The notes: generated from the sequence alone by a model not told the origin. Shown: positions 1 through 13,776, numbered from the whole stretch's first letter. The stretch: DNA of 60,716 bases, filler included, from Hausera hauseri (GCA_046269625.1; 11 parts of 11 records of this genome joined end to end with filler, not necessarily neighbours in it), one strand, 5' to 3'. Translations and numbers: made by a program.

Positions 1-429
1 CGTTTGAAATTACTCATTGAAAAGTAAACACCAGTTGTAGAAAATTTTTATTGTAATCCAAAATACTTATTTGGAAATAAAAATTCTAAATTCAAATTAT
101 ACTTTTAATATTACACTTAAATTAAATTTTAAAATTTAAAAATGTTTTTAATTTAAATTTAGATTTTCCGTTCTCGATTATATCCTCACACTAAGAATGC
201 TGCTTTATAGCACGCTATATCTGCAATAACAGAACAGTTAAATACATTCTTACTTTCAAGAGATAGTTTCGGTTCAAACAGACATCGAAGTTCTTCGCGA
301 AATTCTCATACTTCGAAATTGCCTATGCGACATGCTATAAGTTACTAACATTCAAAATTTGATACAGATTTCCACAAAAATTAACATCAAGTGACCTTGT
401 TTGCATTTATCAAACCCTCATGAATTTTG

Positions 430-2035
430 AGTTTTAAGTACTATAATTAAGGCTCAACTACGTCTGACCATTCAGAAAACTAATTCAGCTGCAGAACGTT
501 GCGGTACATTCTTGTGTAGGCAATTCTCTTACAACGTTTCAGTCATTTATACATTAATAATATTAGTTACACATCTGCAGTCTTTACTTTAAAAGCTGCA
601 CATACCTCCTAGCCACATTCGGACAAATTTTCTTATTGACTCAGGCGTTGCAATATATTTCCTTCCTCTAAGGTTTGAAGCCCTTCAAAATTCATCTCCG
701 TTTGCCAAACTTTTTACAACAAATGATAAAGTTCTTCATATTAATGGTATCTCAGACCTTAAATTTGTACCGAATGATTTACCTGAGACATTCACGTGGA
801 AATTTACTACTGCAAAAATTTGAAATTTACTATTATTATTTACTTCTTTTTTCAAAAAAGTCAATTTTCTTGGATACATCATAACTCCCTACGGGCACTC
901 TCCTCAAGCAAACCGAGTACATCAACAAAAGAATATAGCTCGACCACAAACCCCTACAAAAATACGTAGCGTGTTGAAAATATTTCATTTCATTCATAAG
1001 TACGTTCCTCACAGTTCCGAATAGACGGCACCATTTGTCCAGTTATCATCAGTGAAAAGAAAGCAACTACTTATTGGCAACAACTACCAGAATTGATGAA
1101 TCAGTTTGAAAAACTATGTGACGTTCTAAAAATTGTGGAAATACTATAGTTTCCCAAACTTGATGCAGATTTAGTTCTCACAATCTATGCAACAACAATT
1201 ATCGTAGATGCTGTACTCCACCAAATTCATAAAGGTAACACTGAACCGCTTGAATTCTTTTCTCGGAAGGTCTATCCCCAAGAACAAATTTACTCCACAT
1301 TCGATAAGGAGCTTCTTACCATCGTTCTATTTTTAAATCATTTTTCTCATTTCTTAATTTCACGTTCATTTTTAATACAAACCCACCATAAACCTCTCTT
1401 ACACATAATGAATATGAAGAATCCGCCACCTCGTCAGGCGAGACGCATGTCCTATTTATCTACGTTTAATTTTTAAATAAAACATTTTTGGCACTCAGAA
1501 TTCAACTGCGGATTTTTTTCACACTAAGTCAGCAGAATCATTGTTAAACCGATTTTTTCGACAGAATGTATACATCAAAACCAACCTTCATAATCAATCG
1601 TACAATGTCATTGATTGTGTGGCTCTACATACCTCGAAACCTGGTAACAATCAACCAATGTTATCAACAGTTTTACATAAAATTGCTTTCAATCATGTGC
1701 ATTATTTGCACCACCAAGTTTCGAAAGCCACAACAACTTCTTCGACGCTAAGTAGCATGGTCACTAATGTGTACAGACGTGCAAGGTTGGATTAAAGAGT
1801 TTGGAGCTTGTTAAAAGTATAAAGTAATCACGCATCTAAAGCCGATACTTTCTTACTTCTCATACACGTCACCATTTGAACCAGTCTATCTCGATCTAGT
1901 TGGTCCATTACTTTCAGACAACGGTCACCAATTCATCCTTACAATGATGGACCGTGCACCTCGACGGCCAGAGACTGTACCTCTGCGTTCAATCAGTGGC
2001 GATACCATCGCTGAAATTTCTTGTTGTTTCCTTGA
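430..2035 (+). mobile_element. Degenerate Ty3/Gypsy pol (RT-RNase H-integrase relic)
   Basis: Frameshifted motifs: RNase H 'AVLHQ..EPLEFFSRK..EQIYSTFDKELL', 'THHKPL'; integrase 'YLDLVGPLLSDNGHQFILTMMDR..PETVPLRS'. Many stops. Confidence 0.85.
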
Positions 2036-2134
2036 ATTCATCCCGTGGAATAGAGAATTAGAAGCTGCCAACATATCGGATTTACATGTTTTTCTTACAT
2101 GCTTTGTGAATGTGATGTACTACTCATAGTAAGT

Positions 2135-2700
2135 GTCTTAACAAACACCTACCAGGAAAAAAGGAATAGACGAGTTTATGAGGCAGAGACAGAAGAAGGA
2201 TGAATCAGTCCAGGAGTTCGTTTGTGCTCTGCAGAAATAAGATACAAAAGCATTCCCGAATGGCGGAGAAGTTAGAGAGAATACTCTATTGTCACAGTTT
2301 TCATATGGTTTGATAAGATAATTGCTTCAGAATGCGAATTCGATAAAGAGTCTAACAGAAAAAGGAAAGTCAGATTTCAAGTACGAAATTCAGATAAAAA
2401 TTCAAAAGGACTCCGATCAGCAATGAAAAAATCACAGAATAAGGTAAACGGAAAAGTTCAATCGCAATGCTATAATTGTCAAAAATGAAGACACTTAGCA
2501 AAATCTTGCAGAAGCTGTCGGCGATCCAGAGAAGTTACTTCTCACGTTACAGAAACCGATTTTGAACATGAAAAAGACCGGATAATCAGGAAGTTAAGCA
2601 AGGAGATTAGTAGCTTACAAATCAAAGATACTGCATGTTTGATAGACGAATAAAACAAACGAATAAAAATGAATATAACTCTTGCTACAAAAATCAAGAA
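2135..2700 (+). mobile_element. Degenerate Gypsy gag with CCHC zinc knuckle (second element)
   Basis: 'RQRQKKDESVQEFVCALQK..AFP..LLSQFSYGL' gag-like segment and 'CYNCQK*RHLAKSCR' (CX2CX4HX4C) at about 2468-2512. Confidence 0.7.
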
Positions 2701-4472
2701 GAAACCGAAAACTACTAAACATTTGCCACAACCTGAATTCAGTTAGATTGGAAACTTAAAGAAATCAAAGAAACCTAAGAAAATATTCAATGATTCTGTT
2801 TTGTATGACGTTGTTACGGATAATAGTAAAACAGAATCTAAAGGAACTTTACTTCAAGAAGGATCATCAGATATATCCACCTCTCAACTACCATAAGTAC
2901 ATATGAATGCCCTTGACGACCCTACTGAAATAATAGGATGCATCAGCGCGTTTCAAAATAATGCTACTACTCAATTATAACCTGCTTTAGATCGCCTAAT
3001 TAAACTCACGATACTGCCACCAATAATCAAAACTGTTTTTCCATATTTAATAGCAAACGCTCACGATGAAAGCCAACTGAGAAATATGGTCCAAATTGTT
3101 CTGAAAAATTACAGGCGATAAACTATTGATTCAGTCTATGTTAACACTCCTGATACTATTTCTATCTACAGAAACGATGAATTTACCCGTTTACTGCAGA
3201 TGCGAAGCAGAAAACAAAATGTCACGCAATCAACATAACATTGTATCAACCATGACTAAGTGAAGGGCAGTATGAAAATTATTAACCCGGAAAGAATCAG
3301 AAGAAAGAACCTTCAAAATCTACTTAAATTTATGTTATCTAAACTAAATCATTCATTTGTAGAGATGGAAACACCGATATACGTTCCAGAAGAGGCCATC
3401 CTCGAAGTAACATATGATAAAATTCGGCCATATGATAAATGTACATTGGAGTTACCCGTGTAGTTTAATGAGAAACATCAATATCATACACCGATAACTC
3501 GAATTCTGGTAGATGAAAATGATCAACCAACATCTTTGGCAAATTGTTCAAGAAAAAATGGCGCCAATGTATAGAATAACTAATAAAATTTGGACCAAAA
3601 TTCCCTAGAGAAAAGAAATTGAAGCACTAAAAATTCTGGATACCATTGTTCTCACAACATGACGAAAACAGGTTTTCATACTTATGAACTTGGAAGACTC
3701 CTGTTATTCCCAGAGCAAAGTCGAGGAATAATGTCAGATATGGCCATGAAGATGATATACAAAATTCATGGTCCTCTGGACTGCGGCAAATTACTTGGAC
3801 CTGAATATCCAGCAAAGATCTTCCAGTCCTCTGAAGAAAACTTATGGGGAAAATGCGTAGTAATAGGATAATTTATGTCAGGTTTCATTTTCTTTTACGT
3901 TTCCTACTTAATCTTAAAAGTAATTATCACGTCATTAAATAAACCTTATGGAATACATGCTGCGTTGGAATGTATGTGGAAAATATTGATAGCTTTAATA
4001 CCACCTTGCGCCAGTTGTTTAATAACAAAAAGACGCAAAATTTAACAAGAAACTGTCTCATCATACAAACTTTCCAAATGTGTATATATATCTCTAGATC
4101 GACCATCAAGCAAAAAAATTAAAAGGATGAAAGAATGAACTGTACTAGGAGACATTCCAGTCAGTACTATGGTATAATGAAGAAAAACGCACAATTCGGC
4201 TTGAAGATATTCCAAAAATGAACAGGCCAGAAAATTATCTTAATCCGGCATCATTCGAAAGCTGTATCAGACTAGATTGGTATAATAGTGGATTGATATA
4301 TCCAAGAAACGATTTAAAGGCCATCTCAATCCGTTAAGCTATCTATGTATCCTATCGAAAATTTGAAGCAAATGACTTTATCGTATACAAACAACGAAAA
4401 ACAAAACAACAAAAAGTGACGATGGGAACGGTTTCTGCTGTGATTATTTCAACGCTGAAGCGTCTCCCAGAC

Positions 4473-4631
4473 CTGCGAACAGCACCAGGCCAAAGCACCA
4501 CTCGGTGTTCCTCAGCGTGCAGCCTCGCAGCAGGATTTTCTCGTTGTCCAGCGCGTATTTCTGACCGGCGAAGGTCAGCGTTCCCGCGAAACGGTCGAGG
4601 CGGTTGTTGGGGGCCTCACAGCGCACCTCAC
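4473..4631 (-). CDS. Single 159-bp exon of an ATP8B-subfamily P4-ATPase (phospholipid flippase), vertebrate/teleost-like
   Basis: Encodes GEVRCEAPNNRLDRFAGTLTFAGQKYALDNEKILLRGCTLRNTEWCFGLVLFAG. Acceptor ..ccaataag| at 4632 and donor |gtctgg at 4472, phase 1 at both ends. GC-rich relative to the flanks. Confidence 0.85.
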
Positions 4632-4699
4632 CTTATTGGAAAACATGACACGTTTGAGGTTACGCAGAGATACAGAAGATATTTTCTGAATGGTCTTTA

Positions 4700-4823
4700 A
4701 GAATAATAATAAGAATAAGAAAATAAATGATAAGAACAAGAAGAAGATTAATAAGAATAAGAAAAATAATAGAATAAGAATAATCAGAATAAGAAAATGA
4801 ATAAGTAGAGGGGAAAAGTAGAG
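4700..4823. repeat. Low-complexity (AAGAAT/AATAAG)n tract
   Basis: Imperfect aataag/aagaat repeats up to the contig end. Confidence 0.8.
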
Positions 4824-4923
4824 NNNNNNNNNNNNNNNNNNNNNNNNNNNNNNNNNNNNNNNNNNNNTTAATTAATTAANNNNNNNNNNNNNNNNNNNNN
4901 NNNNNNNNNNNNNNNNNNNNNNN
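4824..4923. other. Artificial contig-joining spacer (also at 8921, 13777, 18927, 24096, 32060, 38106, 42517, 50321, 54477)
   Basis: N44-TTAATTAATTAA-N44; the core gives stops in all six frames; ten identical copies. Confidence 0.99.
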
Positions 4924-5276
4924 CCTTCTTTACCAAGTTTGAGTAGCATTTCATTGGTGATGTGGTCTGGCCCTGGTGCTTTTTTGAGTTTCATCTTGTT
5001 AAGACTAGACTTGAATTCAGATGTAGTGAATTCGTCATAAAAAGCGCTATTGTTGGCTTTCTGTGTTTTCATCATGCGTTTGGTCAGAGTTGTGATGGCT
5101 TTGTCCACCATGGGTCTTTCACATGTCTTGTTGACTTCAGCAAATAATGTATTCAATGCTTGGGCTTTCTGTTTGTCTGTGTTGGCTGTGTTGTTGTTTC
5201 GGAGCTGCATAGGTGTGGCATGTTTCCTCTGTGAGGTCCCCGCCAGGCAATCTTTCACTTTTTCTTCTATGATCAC
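4924..5276 (-). mobile_element. Non-LTR retrotransposon (LINE) ORF2 fragment just upstream of the RT domain
   Basis: 'KAQALNTLFAEV...FTTSEFKSSLNKMKLKKAPGPDHITNEMLLKL' is the canonical KAPGPD pre-RT motif. Confidence 0.85.
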
Positions 5277-5904
5277 TTAAGCGTTGAGGAGTCTTTTGTC
5301 TGTTTCGTTATTAGTTTTTGCATAATTTCAATCCCCAACAGGTTTTATCATCAATCTTGTACCCCTTTTGTGTTACATTCGATGAATCATTCTATCGATA
5401 AATATCCTTTTCACCGGGACGAAATCTAGTACAACATAAAATCGGAGACCTGATCTATCGATTCATTTATTCATAGGGTGACTTATGTTTTCAAATATGG
5501 ATTGCTTTGAAATTTAATAAATTCTTGCAAAAGAATATTTAGCGGTCTAATATCCATTTAAAAATGCCAAATCAGTTCGTTATTTTTCCGATCTTCCAGA
5601 TAATAATAGTCGAATACTATATCATTAGTCGAAACCGTGGTAAAAAGAAACAAAAAAATTAAAAGAAAACATTTATCTTTAAGCAAACTGTAAATTGTTA
5701 TTTACTGTGTGTGACAATTTATTTATTACACATGTAAATTGTATGTTTATATCTGTTATGATTTAGGTGGGTTGCCATTCGTGCCGTTAGGCAATGAAAA
5801 CAAATGGATTACGAATTTAAAAACTTTATTTATCAAAACCAACTTTGATTTAAACGAATTATCATTTTAATTTCTTTTATGAATTTTCACGACTTCATCT
5901 TATT

Positions 5905-5921
5905 ACAGTTCTTCCCTCTCA
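5905..5921 (-). promoter_or_regulatory. Polypurine tract and start (TGT) of the 3' LTR
   Basis: Minus strand reads GAGAGGGGAAGAAC|TGTAATAAG right after the integrase end. Confidence 0.65.
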
Positions 5922-8920
5922 GATCCGTTCGGAATTGTTAGGAAGGCTGGTTTGAGTCGATCGGCCGAAAAGTTGTTTCCGTCTTCCAACTTGAAGTATT
6001 AGGGATATCTTTCCAGGACTCGATATTGTCACTCGTAGGGCACCTCCAGTGCTTTCTTTGCATGCTTTCGGATGTAGACGAAGTCGGAGTTTTCGATCGT
6101 TTTCGGAATTGTCGGATAACTCTTGTTCGTGGCGATCTTTTTGCGACTCTTGATTGTTTTTATTAAGTCCGGTGATGTCTCCTCTGGTTGGTGGAATACT
6201 GCCCCTAGGATCACTAAGTTGGCACCGTACACTTTCTGGCCTGGTGATAGCCCGGTCGCATATGCACAGTTACGTAAGCATAGAGCTAGAGTCAGCAAAC
6301 TTCTAATCCAGTTCCGTCGGGGATCTTGTGTAGCTATCATTATGGCCGTTTCATTGTGCGGTGGAGCCTTTCCATTTTTCCATTGGCTTGGGGGTGGTAC
6401 GACGTGGTCTGGATAACCTTAATCCCCAGTTGTTCGCACAGTTCGTGGAACAAAGCGCAAGTGAATTGCGTGCCTCTATCCGTCACGATTTCGGCCGGTA
6501 TGCCGATACATACAATCCAGTCGTCCAGTGTTTTGCTACTGTTTCCGCTGTAATGCTTCTGAAGGGCATCATTTCTAGCTATGACCTTTGTCTATCGATA
6601 ATGGCAGAACGTCCGTCTTACCGTTCACTGGTGGAAGTGAGCAGACTATGTTCATGCGAATCGTATGAAAACGACTTGCTGGCGGTAGTCGAGTGATTGG
6701 AGATTTGACGTGCCTGTATATTTTGGCTCTTGCACAATGTTGGCACTCTTGGCACCATTTTTGTATATATTGACATTTGGTTTCTATGTCTGACGAATCC
6801 ATGGGTGGCCTTGATTGTGGTGTAGACTGAATGCTTCTTTTCGGACCGACAGTAGTAGTATGACTCTCTCGTTTTTGGTGAGTAATTCCACTGACAGATT
6901 CTGTAGTTCCAGTCGTCTGTTTCGAATATCTTCGAATGGCCACTGAAACGTATATTCTTGTAATGTATCAATTTGTTGGACGTGTGTTCTTTAGAGTGCA
7001 TTCGCCACAGCATTATCAAGTCCCGGGCGGTATTTTATTTTACAGTCGCATTCGGAGATATATTGCAAGTATCTCCACTAGCGGTTCGACGGTTCCTTAG
7101 GGTGTTTGTGGGTCAACGGTCTGTGATCCGTATATATTGTGGTTGTAGTCGCCTGTAGGAAATGTCGAAAGTGTTTACAAGCTTTGTAAACAGCTAACAA
7201 CTCTCATAAGTGCTATATTTTCTTTCGCACAAAGATAGTTGTCTGGTGAAGAATGATATCGGTCTCCCATTTTTTTCGATTACTGTCCCGATGGCCGTGC
7301 CAGACGCATCCGTTCGTAGTATTGTCGGTGCTTTGTAGTCGAAGATCGTTAGTTCCGAAGCCCTAATTAGTGCCTTTTTGGTATTTTCAAAAGCTTCGCT
7401 CGCATCAGATGACCATATCAGTTTCGTTGTTCATTTCTTTGATAGTTCGTAAAGTTGACTCATTATTGTGGCCGCCTGTAGAATAAATAGATTGTAGAAA
7501 TTTACCATGACACAGGATCGTTTAATTTGTTGGTTGTATCGAATTTATTATAATTTGTTATTGCGGCAGCTTTGGATAGTATGAGTTTAATAGCCTTTTC
7601 GTTGATCTGGTGGTCAAAGAATTCGACGGCTTTTTTGAAAAATTGGCATGTCTTTGTTGATTGTCAGGATCGCTTTTGTTAGTGCCGTTTTGGTCTGATC
7701 GATATACTGAGTGTATTCTGCTTCCGTGGCTGACGCTATGATAATATAGCCGCGAATGGATAGGGGCAAAAAACGTTATCAATTGCCCTTTGGAACATAG
7801 CAGGAGCATTTCGTAATCCAAAGGTCATAAATAGGAACTCGAATGTACCAAATGGTGTGGTGATGGCCGTTTTAGGAGTTTTCTGCCATCGGTATCTGAA
7901 GGTACGCCTTCTCCAGGTCGATTGTGGAAAAAATTTTCTTTTTTCCCGTGATTTAGAGGATGTCTCCGATACTGGAAATTGAGTATTTGTCCGGAATCGT
8001 TTCCTGGTTAAGGGGTGTATAGTCCCCACAAATCCTGTATTTCTCCCACATTTTATAACCACTAGTGGGGATGCTAATGATGATTATGATAATCTTCATT
8101 TGTTTGCCTTTATCATTTTTTCCAACCATCCTTTGGCTGTCTGACTTCTCGCCGAACAGTCTTCTGGTGGTTGACTTCGTAGTAGTCCCGATAATAATAT
8201 TCCGTGACAAATTTTGTCTCTGATGGCGTTTTGTGTGCTTGTTTAGTACTTCTGCATGTACGATTGGATTGTGTTCCTACGAATTTTCCTTTGCTCATAG
8301 GCCAGGAAAAACGGGAAATAGCCAAAAAATCGTCTCCTTGTATTGGTTGATAACCTTCGCAGACGTGAAAGTTCCAAACCTATTCTCTGTCGTTAATAGT
8401 CACCGTTATTCGAAGCTTCCCCTGGCACTTCATTGTCGAATTGTTGCCGGCGTGTAATATGAAATTGCATTGCTGCTTCACTCGGAATCTGGATACTGGT
8501 AGACACGATATGGCTGCCTCTGTGTCCACTAGAAAGGTAATACTCCTGCTCGAGACGGATAATAAACTAATGCAGTGTTTCGAAGGTACATCTACGATGT
8601 CTATTTTCGGGGTATCATGTCGTTTCCCGGCGCGTTGAGAGTGCAAGGTGAGTCGTCCACTAATGCTTTGCACTTGATTGCTTTGTTTCCAAATTTAGCT
8701 TGAAAAAAACAGAGTGAGCATCGTTTATCGTTGAGTGGTTTCTTAATCTGTAATATGTCATTGCGGAGCTCGTTCAGATGGCACTGTAGGTCGTTCGACG
8801 ACGTGATCTGGTCGTACAAGAAGTCTCCGAGGTCCACCAGTTCCTCGATATCCTTATTCATGTGCCTCATGATGTTGCGTCGCAAATAGCGCGGCAATGC
8901 TTCGAAGAATTTAAACTTTT
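5908..8920 (-). mobile_element. Decayed Ty3/Gypsy (CsRn1-like) internal region: gag end, PR, RT, RNase H, IN, PPT
   Basis: Gag knuckle 'CFFQAKFGNKAIKC'; protease 'FLVDTEAAISCLP'; RT 'YRICGDYTPLN', 'KTAITTPFGTFEFLFMTFGLRNAPAMFQR'; RNase H 'TDASGTAIG'; IN 'VTDRGTQF', 'TTPYHPQANG', 'DRLKPAF'. Domain order is Gypsy-type. Confidence 0.92.
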
Positions 8921-9380
8921 NNNNNNNNNNNNNNNNNNNNNNNNNNNNNNNNNNNNNNNNNNNNTTAATTAATTAANNNNNNNNNNNNNNNNNNNNNNNN
9001 NNNNNNNNNNNNNNNNNNNNCGCCGTCGTTGTTTTCGTCTCATTTCATCCTCGATACGTTTTACGAAGAGCGATCTGACTATCAATTTAATATACTCTCA
9101 CGTGCTCATTGTTCTCGTTTTTGTGAGCTCACAAAAACTGTTCATGAAACATCTCCGGTCAAAATGTCATCGGTCAATCTCTGAATTTTACTTTCAATAT
9201 ACTCTTCCATTTGATTTAGTGCAGTAATGCCGATAAACGTTTATAGCCGATTTAGGCTACGTCTGAGACTGCAGTAAGGGGAATAAGTTATGGTGTATTG
9301 TAGTTATAATTATTTATTAATACATTTTATTTGTTTTTAGTTTAATTTGTTTATCATTCAGAAATGTTCGAAATATCCCA

Positions 9381-9717
9381 TGTATTGTGTCTCCCGCATA
9401 CATGAGGGTGGACAATGCCACAAAGAAATGTCCAAATATTCAGTGGCCAAGGACACGTACCTGTGTCTTTTGTTTTATTTAAACATGCCCGTACGCCGAC
9501 TTGTGAGATGCACAAGCATCATGTTGGCCCGGTCACGAGGTCCAAGAAGATGATGGTTGTGTATTGCTCCACATACCCACGTTACTGTACCAATAAAGTG
9601 CATGACGTTGATGGTTGCCATAGTGCAATGGAGCAATATTATGGCACCACAATGGAGTACAGTGAACGGGCCAATGTTTGTCCCGGTTGTTTTATAGCTT
9701 ATGATCAAATAAACTAA
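9381..9717 (+). pseudogene. Small Cys/His-rich ORF upstream of PolB, probably a frameshifted element gene
   Basis: Overlapping ORFs 9347-9553 and 9415-9717 with several Cys/His residues; same strand as PolB and ends about 20 bp before it. Confidence 0.3.
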
Positions 9718-9737
9718 ACAATTTTATAATCGGCACC

Positions 9738-12700
9738 ATGACCACTTAAACTAACTTAAGCGGTCGAAAAAACAAGCAGCAGCTGTATTCCCTCAACAAG
9801 CAGGAAACGTCAGGCATCAACAAGCCTTGACAAATACTTGCAAAACAACAGAAATAAAAAACAGCAGGAGCAACAGGGGAAGGAACCACACATTACTGTA
9901 ATGTACGATCTGAAAAAATCGTACGTGGATATAAAAGTGAACATGTCAGCGACAACAACAACAACGCAATTGCGATATGTTCCATCTATTGTGCGAAACC
10001 CGTTGGAATCTGAAGTGGACAAATTCCAACACCACAACAACTGCAAATTGCAGTATTGTGCACTTGCAGAATTCGAAAACGTAAAGGGCGACAGGAAACA
10101 ATGGTGTCTGTCACATCGAGCTATACCATATACCGATGATTTTATCGCTGAGATTGACGAAAGGCACGAGGAGAAAATCACCAACTACACTGAAAAGTGT
10201 AGTGGATTTCGAATTGTAGAGATTGTCACTCTCGACTTTATCATTACAAAGTCGAGTGACATGATTTACTTGTCGGGGCGATCATTCATACCGACTCCTG
10301 CAGCCCAAAAGCACTTTAAAACTGTAGTGAATATTGAAAATAATAGCGACGAATACTATTTTCTTTACAGTATTTTAGCCATATTAAAATATGACGAAGT
10401 GCCTAGAAATCGTGCAAATCGTTCAAAACAATATCGTCAGTATTTTTCCTAACTGGAATTTGATGAAAGCTGCATGCCGAAGAAACTCAAAACCATTCTG
10501 GCTTTTGAAGGCGTAATTCGACGCTGTTAATCAACGTTTTCCGGTACAAACTCAGTAATAGAGATACCGGCAGATGAGGAAATTTACAAGAATCCTCACG
10601 TTGACATAATCTATCAGTCGGAATCCAAATGGACGTCCAATATACCTGTTTCTTTTGGAGCAGGCAGAAAAATTTCATTACGTGGCAGTAACAAATCTGG
10701 ACAGACTGCTGAACATGAACCATGACCAGTTCATCCAAAAACAAATACGCTGAAAGTGACACCCTATATGTCTGTATGGCCTCTTATCAGAAGCGACATG
10801 CGAAAAACACGTGGCGCTATGCAGACGAAATATATCGGGAACAACAATGTCTTGCCCGTCAAAAATGAGATGCAATTCAGTGACTGGTCGAAAACGGGCA
10901 GTCCGACATATGTAGTCTATGCCGATATTGAAGCAATTATACCGCGGCACAACGTACACGACCAAAAGCACATTCCAATCGCCATCCATGTGTTGCTAGT
11001 ACCAATAAAACCCACCAGACAACCACTGTATTACGTTTTCCACGGATGGAACTGTGTACGTGATTTCTTGCACCAGTTGGAGGCAACAGTGGAAGCGGAA
11101 ATCGCATCGTGGTACAGTAACAATAGCACTAAACCTTTGATCTGGACAGACAAAGACAAACGCCTTACGTTTGCAGTCACAGATAAATGCTGCCTGTGAC
11201 ACGAAATAGTACCATTAGATAAACAGGAACGGCTATTACCTGATCACGACCACTTTACCGGATTATGCCTAGGAGCAGCATGAAATTCATGCAATTTAGT
11301 TCGGCGTGTGCGGCCATTCCTGCCGGCGATATTTCATAACTTCAGGGGTTATGATTGTCACCATATTCTGAAATTGGCCATTAATGGATTTCAACACTGG
11401 GAACTGTCCATCATTCCAACAACGATGGAGAAATAACTGTCTCTGTCGGCACGCATAAACCGGTTCCATGTGCGATTCCTTGACTCATTACAGTTCCTCA
11501 ATGAGTCTCTAGCAAAGCTGCTAAATGCCTTGCCGGATGTGTCGTTAACATCAACGCAGTTACCAATGCATATTGCACGTATCAAAGACATATTCCCGTA
11601 TGACTTTGCTGTATCGTACAAACGTCATCAGACAACAGAGGAATTGCCGCCGCAGTGTCCCAGTGTAACAGAAGATGAATATCGCAGAGCACAGGAATCT
11701 TGGTCACAGCTCGGCTGCAGAAGCCTATTGGATTACATGCATCAGTATCTGAAACTGGACGTGTACTTGCTGCCCGACGTGTTTCAGACATTTCAGAATA
11801 AGGCGTTGGCGGAAGATAGGCTGGATCCTCTCAACTTTTATTCCATACCGGGAATGAGTTGGGCGTCAGCTCTGATGTAACTGGACTGGGATATTGAGCT
11901 GTTGCAAGACCCAGAAATGTACCAATTGTTTGATGTTCATATTCTTGGCGGCATGACATTTGCCAACAAGCACCACGTAAACAGTGATAACACCACATTA
12001 CTGCTGTACATTGATACTAATAACCTGTATGGTTGTGCGCTTTTGCAACCCTTGCCGTACGGTTCATTGACAGTAGACACGGCAGGAAACAGCTCATTCG
12101 GCTGCTTGATGAAAGTTGATCTCGTAGTACCGGATGAGTTGCATGACACTTTGGACAAATTGCCTATGCACCAATCAGCCATTGTCCGCTCGGTGGCTCA
12201 AAGGTGAAGAAATTTCTTATGATGCATGAACCGAAGCTGAATTACGTGGTCCATTGGCGTCTGCTACAGTTCTACATGCAGCTCGGTGTACGCGTCACAC
12301 AGCCGCATCGTGCAATCCGATTTTCTCAGGCTCCCATATTCAAGGCGTACATAAATGGAAATTCGGAGAAACGAGCCGCAGCTTGTACAAAGTTCGAGAA
12401 ATACTACTACAAGCTGAAACCAATTGCCTATACAGAAAAAGAGTGGAGAATCTGAAAAAGCGGCTCTATCTACGCCTATGCAGTAGCGAAAAGCGGTTAA
12501 TCACGTACATGAGTAAAGCGCAGTTTTGGCAGTCAATGCACATTGCCGATGGATTGGTTGCGGTGCTGTTAAACAGAGAAGAAGTCGTTCTGGATAGGCC
12601 AAGTTACACAGGACAAGTGGAATTGGACCTGAACAAGTTGCGGATGTATGAGCTACAGTATCGCCATTTGGCACGTTACCGGAAAATATTTGACGGCTGT

Positions 12701-13173
12701 GACATTATTATAATTGTCGGTGACACAGACAGTTTTTCTTGCGACTGAAAACAGTCAATGGCGAACAGCTACTGTAGCAAATGCAGTCAGATGGATTACT
12801 GGACACGTCCAACTATCCACCGGATCATCCGTTGTACAGCAGCGCGATCACCAACAAAATCGGCTGCTTCAAGGATGAAAGTGAAGGGAATGGATATTCC
12901 TACTCCCAGTGCTAGTTTTCTAACGGACTGTGAACCAAAATGAGGGCAAAAGGAGTCCAGCTGAAACAGACGGAAATCGACCACGGTGATTACCGCCGTA
13001 TATATGAAGAGGCGGCAGAAGGAGGATAATCAGTGGCTGTTGTGTCTCAAACGATTATCCGATCAATTGAACACCAGCTGTACACAATAACTAGTGCAAA
13101 AGTCGCTTTGTCATGTAGCGATGATAAGCGAAAGTGGGTAAGGTGAAATAAGAGTTGGACGTATGGACATTGA
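9738..13173 (+). mobile_element. Pseudogenised protein-primed family-B DNA polymerase (Polinton/Maverick/adintovirus type)
   Basis: Ordered motifs across frameshifts: 'SGF..GRSFIPTP..VVNIENN', 'YVVYADIE', 'DHDHFTG..GAA..CNL', 'IFHNFRGYD', 'RFLDSLQFL', 'IFPYD', 'YLKLDV', 'LLYIDTNNLYG', 'VGDTDS', 'KIGCFKDE', 'ALSCSDDKR..YGH'. Confidence 0.9.
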
Positions 13174-13354
13174 CGGCTGAAATATACCCACGTCCAAACT
13201 ATAGGTGCTCTGTCGGTTCATACAAATCAGTTCAGTTCAGTTCAGTTACTGTGATTATCATTGACAATTATCCGATCTGAAATATGTAACACGAATACAT
13301 TTATTTATTGATCAGAGAAAAACTAAAATAACAAAAACACAGAAAGTAAGTCAG

Positions 13355-13776
13355 TTAAATCATAGTAAACTTCCCCATTTTCCATATTGGGTATTTGATG
13401 CCGCTCCTTTCCTTGAATCCTTTGAGCTTCAGTGTCAGATAGCTTTTAGCTCCTTCCGGTGGCAAAACTGCTGCTGCTGTTTCTACGCAATGTGAACTGA
13501 CAATTTTCGCCATATTTCCTGTGAAAAAAATCGACGATGTATCTTGGATATCGTTACTCAACGCCAAATCACTCTCAACTTTTCTAATTGTGTCTTCAAT
13601 GGTATCCAAATCATCGTCGCAGATCTTTTTCACCAATAGATCATATTTCACCGGTTTGATTTTGACTGTTTGCGTCAATGGCAATTGATTAGCCTTGCGC
13701 AGATAATGTAAGTTGTATCCATTGTACAACCGGGAATTTCTGAGCGAATATTCGCTGTACCGTGGCTTTTTTTGAG
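13355..13776 (-). CDS. Uncharacterised protein (5' truncated by contig end) convergent with PolB; likely an element/viral gene
   Basis: Open frame of at least 124 aa running to the contig end; minus-strand AATAAA about 50 bp after the stop (13300-13310). Confidence 0.5.

Noticed and set aside
4824-4923. TTAATTAATTAA as a biological motif, and ORFs running into X residues
   Set aside because: Artificial joining spacer, repeated identically ten times.
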